Below are positions 1 to 8,735 of a stretch of 64,000 nt of DNA, piece after piece. Below the pieces are notes generated by a model, which made no database searches, was not told the origin of the DNA, and saw nothing but the letters and a program-made list of their open reading frames with translations. Position 1 is the first letter of the stretch; every line of letters starts with the position of its first letter. A program made the translations under genes and the position numbers. The DNA is from Acidobacteriota bacterium (lineage in GTDB: Bacteria > Acidobacteriota > UBA6911 > RPQK01 > JAJDTT01), in NCBI GenBank assembly GCA_965217775.1, contig CBDCJH010000001.1, positions 29,816-93,815 of the forward strand, written 5' to 3'.

Positions 1-1158
1 ATGGAGGACCGAGCCGTTGAACTTGTTCTTCATCTCCTTGTTTTTCCAGACGGTCCTTACAGTGTAGCCGTCCTTGCCCCGTCCGATCTCCAAAACTGCT
101 GCCCCGTGGCCGTAACCGGAGGAGATGAAGAACCGATCGCTTCCCAGCAACAGAGGTTCCACGGAATTGACGTCGTAGGACGTTACCCATGGATACTCCC
201 AGAGCAGGTCCCCGCCTTCCGGGTCCAACCCCACGACTCGCTCAGCCGTCACGACCAACAGCTGCTCCCGCCCGGCCAACTCGGATTGGATCGGCGCGGC
301 GTAGGCCTGTTTGTCGCTGAGCGACCCCCAGAGGAACTCGCCGGTGAGTCGATGATAGGCGACGACGGATCTGTCGGAAGGACCGCCGGGCAGGAGAATG
401 ACCTGATCACCCGTGATCAGGGGTGAGGCGGACATGCCCCATTCCAGATTCCGGGCTCCATTGTCCGAGATGATGTTCAGACCCCACTGGACTTTTCCGC
501 TGGCGGCGTCGAAGCAGCGGAACTCGCCCGTGGCCCCCAGGACGTAAAGACGGCCCTCGTGCCACAGGGGAGTCGCCCTGGGCCCGTCTCCCCCCATGAC
601 CTCCTGGAACTCGGCGTCCCAGCCAAGTTTCCAGACTTCGGCGCCCGTGTCCGGATCATAGGCAGCCACGACTTCCTGGCGCCCCCGTTGTTCGATGGTG
701 AAGAGGAGCCCCGAACCGGCGACAATGGAAGCGTATCCGCCTCCCACTGACCGCCGCCAGAGCAGCGGGAGTCCGTCACTGGGCCAGATGGTCCGGATCT
801 CTCCCTCCAGATAACGGCTGTCCCGGTCCGCCCCCCGAAACCCGTTCCAGTCTCGGACTTCCGACGAAGGAGAACGGTGAGCCGCGCTTGAAGCGGATGC
901 TCCCTCGATCGTGGCGTACCGGGACCAGATCGGTGTAATGGCAACCAGCGGACGCCAACCGGTGCCGTCACGTTCGATGCTCAGGCCCACTCCTTGAAAC
1001 ACGTAGACCCACGTCAATGCCAGAAGCGCGAGGCTTGCCAGCAACCGGTTCCGCGTCCTCCAGCCGGACCCCGCCCAGACCAGAATCAGGCCCAGCGGAG
1101 GCAACAACAGGGAAAGGGCAATCAGGATCCAGGGAGTCACGGCGCGTCCCTTGGTCAT
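1..1158 (-). CDS. PQQ-like beta-propeller repeat protein (BamB/YfgL-like); 3' end runs off the window
   Basis: Absent from the ORF track because it has no stop in the window. My reverse translation from the ATG at 1158-1156 stays open to position 1 (386 codons). It begins MTKGRAVTPWILIALSLLLPPLGLILVW (hydrophobic N-terminus). Propeller-blade-like repeats follow (LYVLGATGEFRCFDAASGKVQW, VVAYHRLTGEFLW, VVGLDPEGGDLLWEY). Confidence 0.8.
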   Translation of the reverse strand, partial: MTKGRAVTPWILIALSLLLPPLGLILVWAGSGWRTRNRLLASLALLALTWVYVFQGVGLSIERDGTGWRPLVAITPIWSRYATIEGASASSAAHRSPSSEVRDWNGFRGADRDSRYLEGEIRTIWPSDGLPLLWRRSVGGGYASIVAGSGLLFTIEQRGRQEVVAAYDPDTGAEVWKLGWDAEFQEVMGGDGPRATPLWHEGRLYVLGATGEFRCFDAASGKVQWGLNIISDNGARNLEWGMSASPLITGDQVILLPGGPSDRSVVAYHRLTGEFLWGSLSDKQAYAAPIQSELAGREQLLVVTAERVVGLDPEGGDLLWEYPWVTSYDVNSVEPLLLGSDRFFISSGYGHGAAVLEIGRGKDGYTVRTVWKNKEMKNKFNGSVLH

Positions 1159-1167
1159 CGGGGAGGC

Positions 1168-1470
1168 TTACTTGTACCGGTAGGTGAGACGGCCCCGGGT
1201 CAAATCGTAGGGTGAAAGCTCGACCATGACCCGGTCGCCACGGAGGATTCGGATGAAATGACGACGCATCTTGCCGGAAATGTGGGCCAGGACCACGTGA
1301 CCGTTCTCCAGTTCGACCCGAAACATGGCGTTGGGAAGCGGCTCCGTTACGGTTCCGGTGACCTCGATGGCGTCCGACTTCTTTTCTTTGGGCTCGTCCC
1401 GTCTCTGGGGAGGCCTCTTCTTTCGCCTCCGCCGTCTACGGCGAAAAGGTCTTGGTCGAAGTCTAGCCAT
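1168..1470 (-). CDS. infA: translation initiation factor IF-1 with a ~30-aa polybasic N-terminal extension
   Basis: The C-terminal 70 aa ([68 protein letters not shown]) match the canonical IF-1 S1-fold sequence. GGAGGGAG lies directly upstream of the ATG. Confidence 0.95.
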   Translation of the reverse strand: MARLRPRPFRRRRRRRKKRPPQRRDEPKEKKSDAIEVTGTVTEPLPNAMFRVELENGHVVLAHISGKMRRHFIRILRGDRVMVELSPYDLTRGRLTYRYK

Positions 1471-1599
1471 CTCCCTCCAATAGTCGGCAACGCACGGTTG
1501 TGAAACCGCAACCAGGAATGGAGGCTAGCACAGCCACAAATCGGAAAGCAACCAGACCGCAGGCATGTGCGCTGACAGGACAGGCGGAGAAAGGGCCCC

Positions 1600-2928
1600 T
1601 CAACCTTGAACGATGGAGACCAGGACCTCCTCGATGACGTCGAAGGCCCGGTGGACTTCCCGATCCTCGATGACGTATGGGGGAAGGAAATAAAGGACGT
1701 TTCCCAGAGGCCGTAGCAGAAGACCCCTCTCCAGAAAGGCTTGGATCAACCGGGGTGATCGAGAGTCGAGGTAGCCTGCCTCCCCCTCGGCTTCCAGTTC
1801 CACCACTGCCAGCGCTCCGATGCCTCGAACCTCTGCCACGCCCGGCAACCGGCCGATGCGCGCCAGACGCTCGGAGAAGAGTTGCTCCAATCGGGCCACC
1901 CGCTCCAATCGCCTTTCCTGATCGAACAGCAGCAGGCTTTCCAGGGCGACGGCGCATCCCAGGGGGTTGGCGGTGTAGGAATGTCCGTGCAGAAACCCGC
2001 GCCCCCGATCCTCGCTGAGGAACGCCTGGTACAGGGGCTCGGTCACCAAGGTGGCGGCCAGGGGAAGATACCCGCCCGTGAGGGCTTTGGAGAGGCACAT
2101 GAGATCGGGCGTCACCGGTCCATGTTCGCAGGCAAACATCTTTCCGGTCCTGCCGAAGCCGGTGAAGACCTCGTCGGCAATGAGCAACGTCCCGTGCCGG
2201 CGGGTCAGGTCCCGGACCAGGTTCAGGAACTCCACCGGCCAGATGATCATTCCACCGGCCCCCTGAACCATGGGTTCCACGATGACCGCCGCCACCCGGT
2301 GACCCGACTCCCGCAGGAGATCCTCAAGCCGGCCGCTGCACTCGATCCGGCAGGTGGCGCGGATGCGTCCCACCGGGCAGGTTCGGCAGGTGGGGGAGTG
2401 GGTCTGGAGCTGCTGAACCAGAAGGTCCGCGAACTGGGCATGGAAGGCATCGACTCCCCCCACTCCCATGGCCCCCAGCGTGTCGCCATGGTAGGCATGT
2501 TTCAGAGAGATGAAGAGATCCCGGGTCTCGCCCCGGTTCTTCCAGTACTGGTAGGACATCTTCAGAGCCACTTCCACCGAAGTGGATCCGTTGTCCGAGA
2601 AGAAGACCCGGGTCAACCCCGGCGGCGCCCGCCGGACCAGCTCGGAGGCCAACCGTGCCGCCGGTTCATGTGTGCAACCGGCAAACAGCACGTGCCCCAG
2701 CCGCGAAGCCTGTTCCTCCAACGCGCGGTTGAGACGGGGATGGTTGTGTCCGTGGATATTGACCCACCAGGAGGAGATGCCGTCCAATAGGCACCGGCCG
2801 TCCGCCGTATGGAGATAGATCCCCTGGGCCCGCTCTATGGGAATCGGAGGAGGCGCGGTCTGCATCTGGGTAAACGGATGCCAGACGTATTTCCGATCCT
2901 GGGACACCCAGCCGCCGAAATCTCCCAT
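1600..2928 (-). CDS. bioA: adenosylmethionine-8-amino-7-oxononanoate aminotransferase
   Basis: 442-aa ORF with class-III aminotransferase features (VWHPFTQM, SSWWVNIHGHNHP, IADEVFTGFGRTGKMFA). Adjacent to bioD and bioF. Confidence 0.93.
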   Translation of the reverse strand: MGDFGGWVSQDRKYVWHPFTQMQTAPPPIPIERAQGIYLHTADGRCLLDGISSWWVNIHGHNHPRLNRALEEQASRLGHVLFAGCTHEPAARLASELVRRAPPGLTRVFFSDNGSTSVEVALKMSYQYWKNRGETRDLFISLKHAYHGDTLGAMGVGGVDAFHAQFADLLVQQLQTHSPTCRTCPVGRIRATCRIECSGRLEDLLRESGHRVAAVIVEPMVQGAGGMIIWPVEFLNLVRDLTRRHGTLLIADEVFTGFGRTGKMFACEHGPVTPDLMCLSKALTGGYLPLAATLVTEPLYQAFLSEDRGRGFLHGHSYTANPLGCAVALESLLLFDQERRLERVARLEQLFSERLARIGRLPGVAEVRGIGALAVVELEAEGEAGYLDSRSPRLIQAFLERGLLLRPLGNVLYFLPPYVIEDREVHRAFDVIEEVLVSIVQG

Positions 2929-2944
2929 TGCTGACTACTCTAAC

Positions 2945-3640
2945 CTACTGCATCCCGTCGTCCGGCCGGGACCTCAGGAGATAGCGTTCCAGCACCCCGT
3001 CCCGGTCGAATTCGGAAGCCGCCCGGGTGACGGTTTCCCGGCAAAGGGGACTGAGGGGTTCCAACTCCGCCACGACACGGGTGCGACCGAACCTCTCGAT
3101 GGCCCGTCGATTCTCCAGGTTGAGGGGACCGTTCAGGACCACTCCCGCCAGACTCAGGCCTCTGGAACGGAGCGCTTCGAGGGTCAGGAGAGTGTGGTTG
3201 ATGGTCCCGAGCCGGCTCGACGAGACCACGAGGCAGGGCAGGTCCAGGGCGCTCAGGAGATCGGCCAAGAGATATCCGCGATCGGTCAGGGGCACCAGGA
3301 GCCCGCCGATCCCCTCCACGACCAGAAGACCGTTTCCCGAGGACTCCCGATGACGCCGGTAAGCGGAAACGATGCGTTCCGGTTCGATTTCGACTCCAGC
3401 CAGACGGGCTGCCAAGTGAGGCGATAGGGGCGGCGCAAACCGGTAACACTCCTCCAGAACTCGCAGCTCCGGCCCCACCAGGGAAGCCACTTCCCGGCTG
3501 TCGCTTCCCTCCTCTGCCCCCGTGGCAACCGGTTTCCAATAGGCTACTCCCATTCTCCCCATCCAACGGGCCAGGAGAACGGCGGAAACGACCGTCTTCC
3601 CGATCTCGGTTCCGGTTCCGGTGACCACGATTTCCATCAA
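2945..3640 (-). CDS. bioD: dethiobiotin synthase
   Basis: 231 aa. N-terminal P-loop VTGTGTEIGKT followed by YWKPVATG. Overlaps the bioF stop by 4 nt. Confidence 0.92.
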   Translation of the reverse strand: MMEIVVTGTGTEIGKTVVSAVLLARWMGRMGVAYWKPVATGAEEGSDSREVASLVGPELRVLEECYRFAPPLSPHLAARLAGVEIEPERIVSAYRRHRESSGNGLLVVEGIGGLLVPLTDRGYLLADLLSALDLPCLVVSSSRLGTINHTLLTLEALRSRGLSLAGVVLNGPLNLENRRAIERFGRTRVVAELEPLSPLCRETVTRAASEFDRDGVLERYLLRSRPDDGMQ

Positions 3641-4788
3641 ACGGTCTCCAGCGCGTCAGCCAGAGCCCGGCAAAGACGATCCAACTGCTCGGGAGTATGG
3701 TTGGCGTGAACCGAGATCCGGAGCCGTGCGGTTCCGGCCGGCACCGTGGGGGGACGAAGCGCCCTCACGTCCAAGCCCTCCTCTCGAAGCCGCTGGGCGA
3801 CGGCCAGAGCACGGCGGTTGTCCCCCAGGATGACCGGCACGATGGGACCCGCGCTGTCCAAGGTGTCCAGTCCCTGTGCTCTCAGTTGCCGGCGCAGGAG
3901 GTGGGAGAGCTCCAGGACCCGTTCCCGGCGTTCCGGGTCGCTCCGGATGATGTCCAGTGCCGCCTCCAACGCGTAGAGGAGAAGCGGCGGCGTGGAGGTC
4001 GTGAAGATGAAGCTGCGGCAAGCGTTGATCAGGTATTCGATGACGGTTCGGGGGCCGGCCACGAAGGCGCCGGCCACTCCCAGACCTTTACCGCACCCCG
4101 AGACGATGGCCGCGGCTCGTTTCTCGATTCCGAAATGCTCCGTGAGACCCGACCCTCGACCGTCGCCGAAGAGACCGGTGGCATGGGAGTCATCCACGAT
4201 CAGATCGGCTCCCCACTCCTCGGCCAAGTCGGCGTACTGGTCCAATGGGGCGATGTCTCCATCCATGCTGAAAAGGGACTCGGTGACCAGAAAGGTTCGG
4301 CCCCGCGGATGGGGAGACGAGAGAGCGGTTCGCATCGCCCCCAGATCCCGGTGTGGGTGGATGACCTTCCGCGCCCCGCTCAAGCGAATTCCGTCGATGA
4401 TGCTGGCATGGTTGAGCCGGTCCGAAACCACTCGGTCCCGGGGGCCCATGAGGGCAGAGAGGAGGCCCAGGTTGGCCTGGTAGCCGCTGGGAAAGATGAG
4501 AGCGGCCTCGGTCCCCTTGAAGCGGGCCAGCTTCTCTTCCAGGAGGCGGTGTTGCGGCGTGTTTCCCCGCAGTAGCCGGGAGGAGGGGGCAGAGACGGGA
4601 CGGGACCCGGCCTCTTCTTGCAGACGTTCGATCAGGAACGCCCTCAGCCGGGGATCGCGGGACAGATCAAGGTAGTCGTTGGAGCAGAAGTCCTCTAGCT
4701 GGGGGGACGCTTCCTCAAGGGACCGGTAGAGACCGGACGAGCGGATCCGCTCGAGGCGGTGCTCCAATTCCCGACCGAGAGTTCTCAT
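3637..4788 (-). CDS. bioF: 8-amino-7-oxononanoate synthase
   Basis: 383 aa, alpha-oxoamine synthase family (NDYLDLS, DDSHATGLFG, GCGKGLGVAGAF). First gene of the bioFDA cluster. Confidence 0.92.
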   Translation of the reverse strand: MRTLGRELEHRLERIRSSGLYRSLEEASPQLEDFCSNDYLDLSRDPRLRAFLIERLQEEAGSRPVSAPSSRLLRGNTPQHRLLEEKLARFKGTEAALIFPSGYQANLGLLSALMGPRDRVVSDRLNHASIIDGIRLSGARKVIHPHRDLGAMRTALSSPHPRGRTFLVTESLFSMDGDIAPLDQYADLAEEWGADLIVDDSHATGLFGDGRGSGLTEHFGIEKRAAAIVSGCGKGLGVAGAFVAGPRTVIEYLINACRSFIFTTSTPPLLLYALEAALDIIRSDPERRERVLELSHLLRRQLRAQGLDTLDSAGPIVPVILGDNRRALAVAQRLREEGLDVRALRPPTVPAGTARLRISVHANHTPEQLDRLCRALADALETV

Positions 4789-4872
4789 GGAGTCCCCGCC
4801 GGCATGGGGTACAAGCTATTGGAAATACCGCAACCGGTCAAGAATCCTTCCGAGTCTCGGCATCTCGTAGAT

Positions 4873-4902
4873 TTGAGTTCCAATTCCGGCGTTTCCTATA
4901 AT
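4873..4902 (+). promoter_or_regulatory. sigma70-like promoter for tRNA-Cys
   Basis: TTGAGT (4873-4878), an 18-nt spacer, then TATAAT (4897-4902). The -10 box ends 13 nt before the mature tRNA 5' end. Confidence 0.6.
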
Positions 4903-4915
4903 GGACGGAATCGGT

Positions 4916-4991
4916 GGCGGCGTACCCAAGTGGCTAAGGGAGAGGTCTGCAAAACCTCCATTCACCGGTTCGAATCCGGTCGCCGCCTCCA
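4916..4991 (+). tRNA. tRNA-Cys (anticodon GCA), CCA encoded
   Basis: Hand-folded cloverleaf. Acceptor GGCGGCG/CGCCGCC, anticodon stem GAGGT/ACCTC with loop CTGCAAA, T-arm ACCGG-TTCGAAT-CCGGT, discriminator T, then CCA. Confidence 0.93.
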
Positions 4992-5022
4992 CGCCCTCTG
5001 AAGCACCGCCTGGAGACGAGAC

Positions 5023-6744
5023 ATGGGCAGGTCCCGTCGATTCCTGCTGCTCCCACTGGCGATGATCCTGGTTTTCCTGCTTCTCCGCGACGGCGGTCCG
5101 GATCCGGAGTCCGTGTCGACTCCCCACTCCAGTTCCCAGATCCAGACGCCTCGAGACGAGGACGGAGTGCGGCGGCCTTCGCCGTACGGCGCCGGCGAGA
5201 AAAGACCTCAAGAGCTTCCGAAGGTCGGTACGGCGAAGAGAGCCGGGGAATGGAACGATGCTCCAACCCGGCTTGAGGTCCTGGTGATCGATGAAGAAAC
5301 TCGAGCTCCGCTGCCGGAGGCCACGGTTCACGTCGCGGATTTGTGGTCGTGGTCCAGGAATTTTTCAGGGGAGACCGGACCAGATGGACGGACCACTTTG
5401 GAACTGGACCGCGGGCATTACTGGCTGTTTGCGCTGCATCCGGACTACCTCTCCCACCACGTCAGCCTTGCAGCAGAGGGGCTTGAGGCTCGGCGCACGA
5501 TACCCCTGCTCTCGAGAGACCCCGAGACCCTGGTGACCGGATCGGTCCGGGACCGGACCGGTCAGGGAGTCCCGGAGGTTCCCATTTCCTTCCGGGCCGA
5601 ACCTGAGTCGAAGGAGCGAACGCGTCTGCGTCACAAAAAACCCGCCGATGTCCCGGTCCAGGTTTGGAACCGAATTCTGAGAAGAGCAGAACAGCCTCGA
5701 TGGGCCAAGACGGACCGGAACGGATTCTTCTCGCTGGAAGCCCCGAAGGGGAGATACGCGATCAACGTGCTCACATTGAGGTTTCGACCCTATGTAGGAG
5801 TGGTCCATGTCCCTCCTCCGGGACCCCTCGAGATAGTCCTGACCGAACCGGACGAAATGGTCCGGCTGTCGGGTTGGATCTCCGGTGAGGAGGGAGGCCC
5901 CCTGGCTGCGGCGAAGGTCAACCTGGACCTGCGGATGGAGTCCGGCAGGACGGGATTTGACCATGCCACCACCGACTCGGAAGGCTACTTCGAATTCGAT
6001 CTGCCGCCGGGTCTCGCCACGGTGAGAGCTCAACTCGACGGCTACCAGAAGTTCCGGGAAGTATATGAAGTGATCCGGGACACCGAGATCGTTCCGGTCC
6101 TCAAGGCTTACCGGAGCTTCACGGTGCGAGTCTACGATAGCAACGGAAGGACCGTCGCGGATCCCTTCGTGATCGGGACCGCCCTGGAGAGCGGCAAGGG
6201 CATCGTCTCCCCGGTCGCCGGGGAGGCCGGCGGGTCGAAGCAGACGCAAACCTATCACGCCACCGAGTACCCCTTTCGCATCTATGCCACGGCCCTTCAC
6301 CTGGGACGCGGCATCACGGAGGCCAAGGTGATCCGGTCCTACCAGGCCAACATCGATCTACGGGTCAAGGGTGGGGGGCGGATCGAGGGCAACGTCGCTG
6401 ATTCCGACGGGAATCCCGTACGGGATTTCACCATCGTATTGAGAAAGGACGGTTTTGACCTGGGTATCTTCAGGAGCTTTTCCCAAGAGGGGCGTTTCAG
6501 CCTGGAAGGGATCCCGCCGGGCCTCTACTCCTTGAGCTTCCACTCGCGCCCGGAACTGGACTGGACTCAGGAGCCGAGAAGGACCCAATCGGAACTGGCG
6601 ACGGTTCGGCCCAAACTGGTGTCAATTCAGAAGGATCGAACCAGTTTCCTGGATGTCGTGCTCCGACCGCAGGGATGGGTCAAGACCGCCGGCCAAAGGA
6701 GCGAACCACCGGACTCTCACCCTGAAACGCGGCTGGAATATTGA
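5023..6744 (+). CDS. secreted protein with repeated carboxypeptidase-regulatory-like (CarboxypepD_reg) domains
   Basis: 573 aa with an N-terminal signal/anchor (RRFLLLPLAMILVFLLL). Several segments resemble VTGSVRDRTGQGVPEV, TTDSEGYFEFDLPPGLATVRA and IEGNVADSDGNPVRDF...IPPGLYSLSF. Confidence 0.65.
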   Translation: MGRSRRFLLLPLAMILVFLLLRDGGPDPESVSTPHSSSQIQTPRDEDGVRRPSPYGAGEKRPQELPKVGTAKRAGEWNDAPTRLEVLVIDEETRAPLPEATVHVADLWSWSRNFSGETGPDGRTTLELDRGHYWLFALHPDYLSHHVSLAAEGLEARRTIPLLSRDPETLVTGSVRDRTGQGVPEVPISFRAEPESKERTRLRHKKPADVPVQVWNRILRRAEQPRWAKTDRNGFFSLEAPKGRYAINVLTLRFRPYVGVVHVPPPGPLEIVLTEPDEMVRLSGWISGEEGGPLAAAKVNLDLRMESGRTGFDHATTDSEGYFEFDLPPGLATVRAQLDGYQKFREVYEVIRDTEIVPVLKAYRSFTVRVYDSNGRTVADPFVIGTALESGKGIVSPVAGEAGGSKQTQTYHATEYPFRIYATALHLGRGITEAKVIRSYQANIDLRVKGGGRIEGNVADSDGNPVRDFTIVLRKDGFDLGIFRSFSQEGRFSLEGIPPGLYSLSFHSRPELDWTQEPRRTQSELATVRPKLVSIQKDRTSFLDVVLRPQGWVKTAGQRSEPPDSHPETRLEY

Positions 6745-6816
6745 TACGAACTGTCGTATTCCGTATCTTCCACATCGATTCGGACCAGTGACGTCCCGTG
6801 GTCCAGGAGGTGATCC

Positions 6817-7860
6817 ATGTTGAGTTCTCGAGGTGACGGCGCTCAGACTCGCCGCGGTTTTCTTCACCGATCCGCACAGGCCCTGGGGACCGCCGCCGCC
6901 GCCCATCTCGTCGGAGCCGAGGCGCGAAGCGCGCGTATCTCTGGCCCAAACAGGAAGGACGACCGGCCCCTGAAGATCGATGCCCATGGCCACATCAGCC
7001 AAGTTGAGATTCAAGACCTGGATGGAGAGTACAGAAAGAACTGGAAGTACGGGATGTCCCACCGGGACAACCTCTACCTGATGGATGCCGTCGGCATCGA
7101 AATGCAGGTGCTCCAATGCGCCTTCTACCTGCACCGATACCACCGCCGCGTGATGAAGGAACATCCGGGCCGATTCGTCGCCATCAGCAAGATCGACGAA
7201 CGGCTGCTCCCCGGTGACCGCGGGCTGAAGCTGATCCAGCAACACATCGAGGAATGGGGGTTCAAGGGCTGGTACTACGACTGCTGGCCACCGGAGCAGA
7301 GGGTGAAAATGGGGATGGACCCCAAGGAGTGGGGCACCCCCGACCCCTTCTACCACTTCGACCATCCCCGCTACGACCCTCAATGGGAACTGGTCCAGTC
7401 ACTGGGCGTCCCCGTCTGCATCACGTCTTATTCGTACAACTTCCAGACCCTGGGACCGGCTCTTTTGAACGTGGTCAAACGGTTTCCGGATCTGAAGGTG
7501 GTCGTCATCCACGGCTATTGGCCGCCGAGCTGTCTCCAGGACGACGGCTCCGTCCGAATTCCTGAAGCGGTCGTCGAGTTGGTCAGAAACTACAACGTGG
7601 TCTTGGAGCTCCTCACCGGACTCCAGCACAGGTCCGACATGTACGGTCCCGGCGAAGTGGTGCTCAAGGTGTTCTACGAAACCTTCGGCCCGGCCAAGCT
7701 GATGTGGGGCTCCGAGTACACCCACGTCAACCTTCCGACCGTCGAGCAGTACCGGCACCAGTTCGACTACATCAAGGAGCGGTGCCCGTACATGAGCGAA
7801 AGCGACGTCGCCCAGATCCGGGGCGGCACCGCCATGGAGACGTATGGCATCCAGGCCTGA
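6817..7860 (+). CDS. amidohydrolase-family (amidohydrolase 2-like) protein with a Tat-type signal
   Basis: 347 aa with a twin-arginine motif (TRRGFLHRSAQALGTAAAA), then IDAHGHI metal-binding motif and TIM-barrel-like content. Confidence 0.7.
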   Translation: MLSSRGDGAQTRRGFLHRSAQALGTAAAAHLVGAEARSARISGPNRKDDRPLKIDAHGHISQVEIQDLDGEYRKNWKYGMSHRDNLYLMDAVGIEMQVLQCAFYLHRYHRRVMKEHPGRFVAISKIDERLLPGDRGLKLIQQHIEEWGFKGWYYDCWPPEQRVKMGMDPKEWGTPDPFYHFDHPRYDPQWELVQSLGVPVCITSYSYNFQTLGPALLNVVKRFPDLKVVVIHGYWPPSCLQDDGSVRIPEAVVELVRNYNVVLELLTGLQHRSDMYGPGEVVLKVFYETFGPAKLMWGSEYTHVNLPTVEQYRHQFDYIKERCPYMSESDVAQIRGGTAMETYGIQA

Positions 7861-7966
7861 CGCGGATTGCGGCTTTTCCTTCCTACACACGATCCGATGG
7901 TCCGATATTCGCCAAAGGCGTGCTGATCACACCGGTCCGCACCCGTCGTCACTCGATGGGCCTTGA

Positions 7967-7998
7967 TTGTAAGACTATAGTCAGTAATACTCTTACAA
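7967..7998 (+). promoter_or_regulatory. inverted repeat (candidate VapB operator) overlapping the vapB promoter and start codon
   Basis: TTGTAAGA (7967-7974) and TCTTACAA (7991-7998) are perfect reverse complements. TTGATT and TAATAC boxes lie in the same stretch. The ATG is at 7998, so the mRNA may be nearly leaderless. Confidence 0.4.
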
Positions 7999-8228
7999 TG
8001 AGAATTACCTCTAAGGGTCAGGTGACAATCCCCCAGCGACTCAGGCTGAAGTTCGGACTGCTCCCCAATACGGAGGCGGCCTTCGAAGAGTCCGACGGTG
8101 GAGTGTTGATCCGTCCCGTGTTGACCAAACGAGCGCTCATAGAGCAGCGCCTCCGCGACGCACGCGGCGTCGCGGACAGTGGGCTCGGCACCGATGACGT
8201 GATGCGGCTCACGCGCGGGGACGACTGA
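7998..8228 (+). CDS. vapB: AbrB/SpoVT-type antitoxin
   Basis: MRITSKGQVTIPQRLRLKFGL is the AbrB/MazE swapped-hairpin motif. Its stop abuts the start of the PIN gene. The internal ATG at 7998 was chosen over the longer track ORF (7704). Confidence 0.85.
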   Translation: MRITSKGQVTIPQRLRLKFGLLPNTEAAFEESDGGVLIRPVLTKRALIEQRLRDARGVADSGLGTDDVMRLTRGDD

Positions 8229-8636
8229 GTGTTTCTGGTCGACACCAACGTATTGCTCGACATCTTCTCGGACGACCCGGTCTGGCGTCCCTGGTCCGAG
8301 CGTTCAATACGTGATTCACTGGTCTCTGGAGTAGTCGGAATCAACCCGATCATCTACGCCGAGACGTCACTTTCTTTCACCGACCCCAGAGAATTGGACC
8401 ATCACCTGAATGCCTTTATGCTGGTACGTTTTCAGCTACCGTACGAGGCTGGGTTTCTCGCGGCGAGAGCCTTTCTCCGGTACCGCCGCGCCGGAGGTGT
8501 GCGGTCATCGCCGCTACCGGATTTCTACATCGGCGCGCACGCCGAGACGCAAGGACTGACACTTCTCACGAGGGACATGAGGCGATACCAGACCTACTTC
8601 CCTGCAGTGAAACTGGTGACGCCACAAACCGGGTAA
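8229..8636 (+). CDS. vapC: PIN-domain ribonuclease toxin
   Basis: 135 aa with a GTG start immediately after the vapB stop. N-terminal FLVDTNVLLD (PIN acidic residue), later IYAE and TRD motifs. Confidence 0.85.
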   Translation: MFLVDTNVLLDIFSDDPVWRPWSERSIRDSLVSGVVGINPIIYAETSLSFTDPRELDHHLNAFMLVRFQLPYEAGFLAARAFLRYRRAGGVRSSPLPDFYIGAHAETQGLTLLTRDMRRYQTYFPAVKLVTPQTG

Positions 8637-8735
8637 AAGCTACATGGGTAGCGAGGTTCCGTGGAGAACGAGTCCCGCCGTCTCCGGATGGAAACGGTAG
8701 AGTCTCCCCGGTTGCAGATGCCGGGAGCGAATTCC

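Noticed and set aside
1-426. 141-aa plus-strand ORF at the window start, and the minus-frame ORFs 477-971 and 776-958.
   Set aside because: A different minus-strand frame is open from 1158 to position 1 and encodes a PQQ-propeller protein with an N-terminal anchor. The listed ORFs are alternative-frame artefacts.
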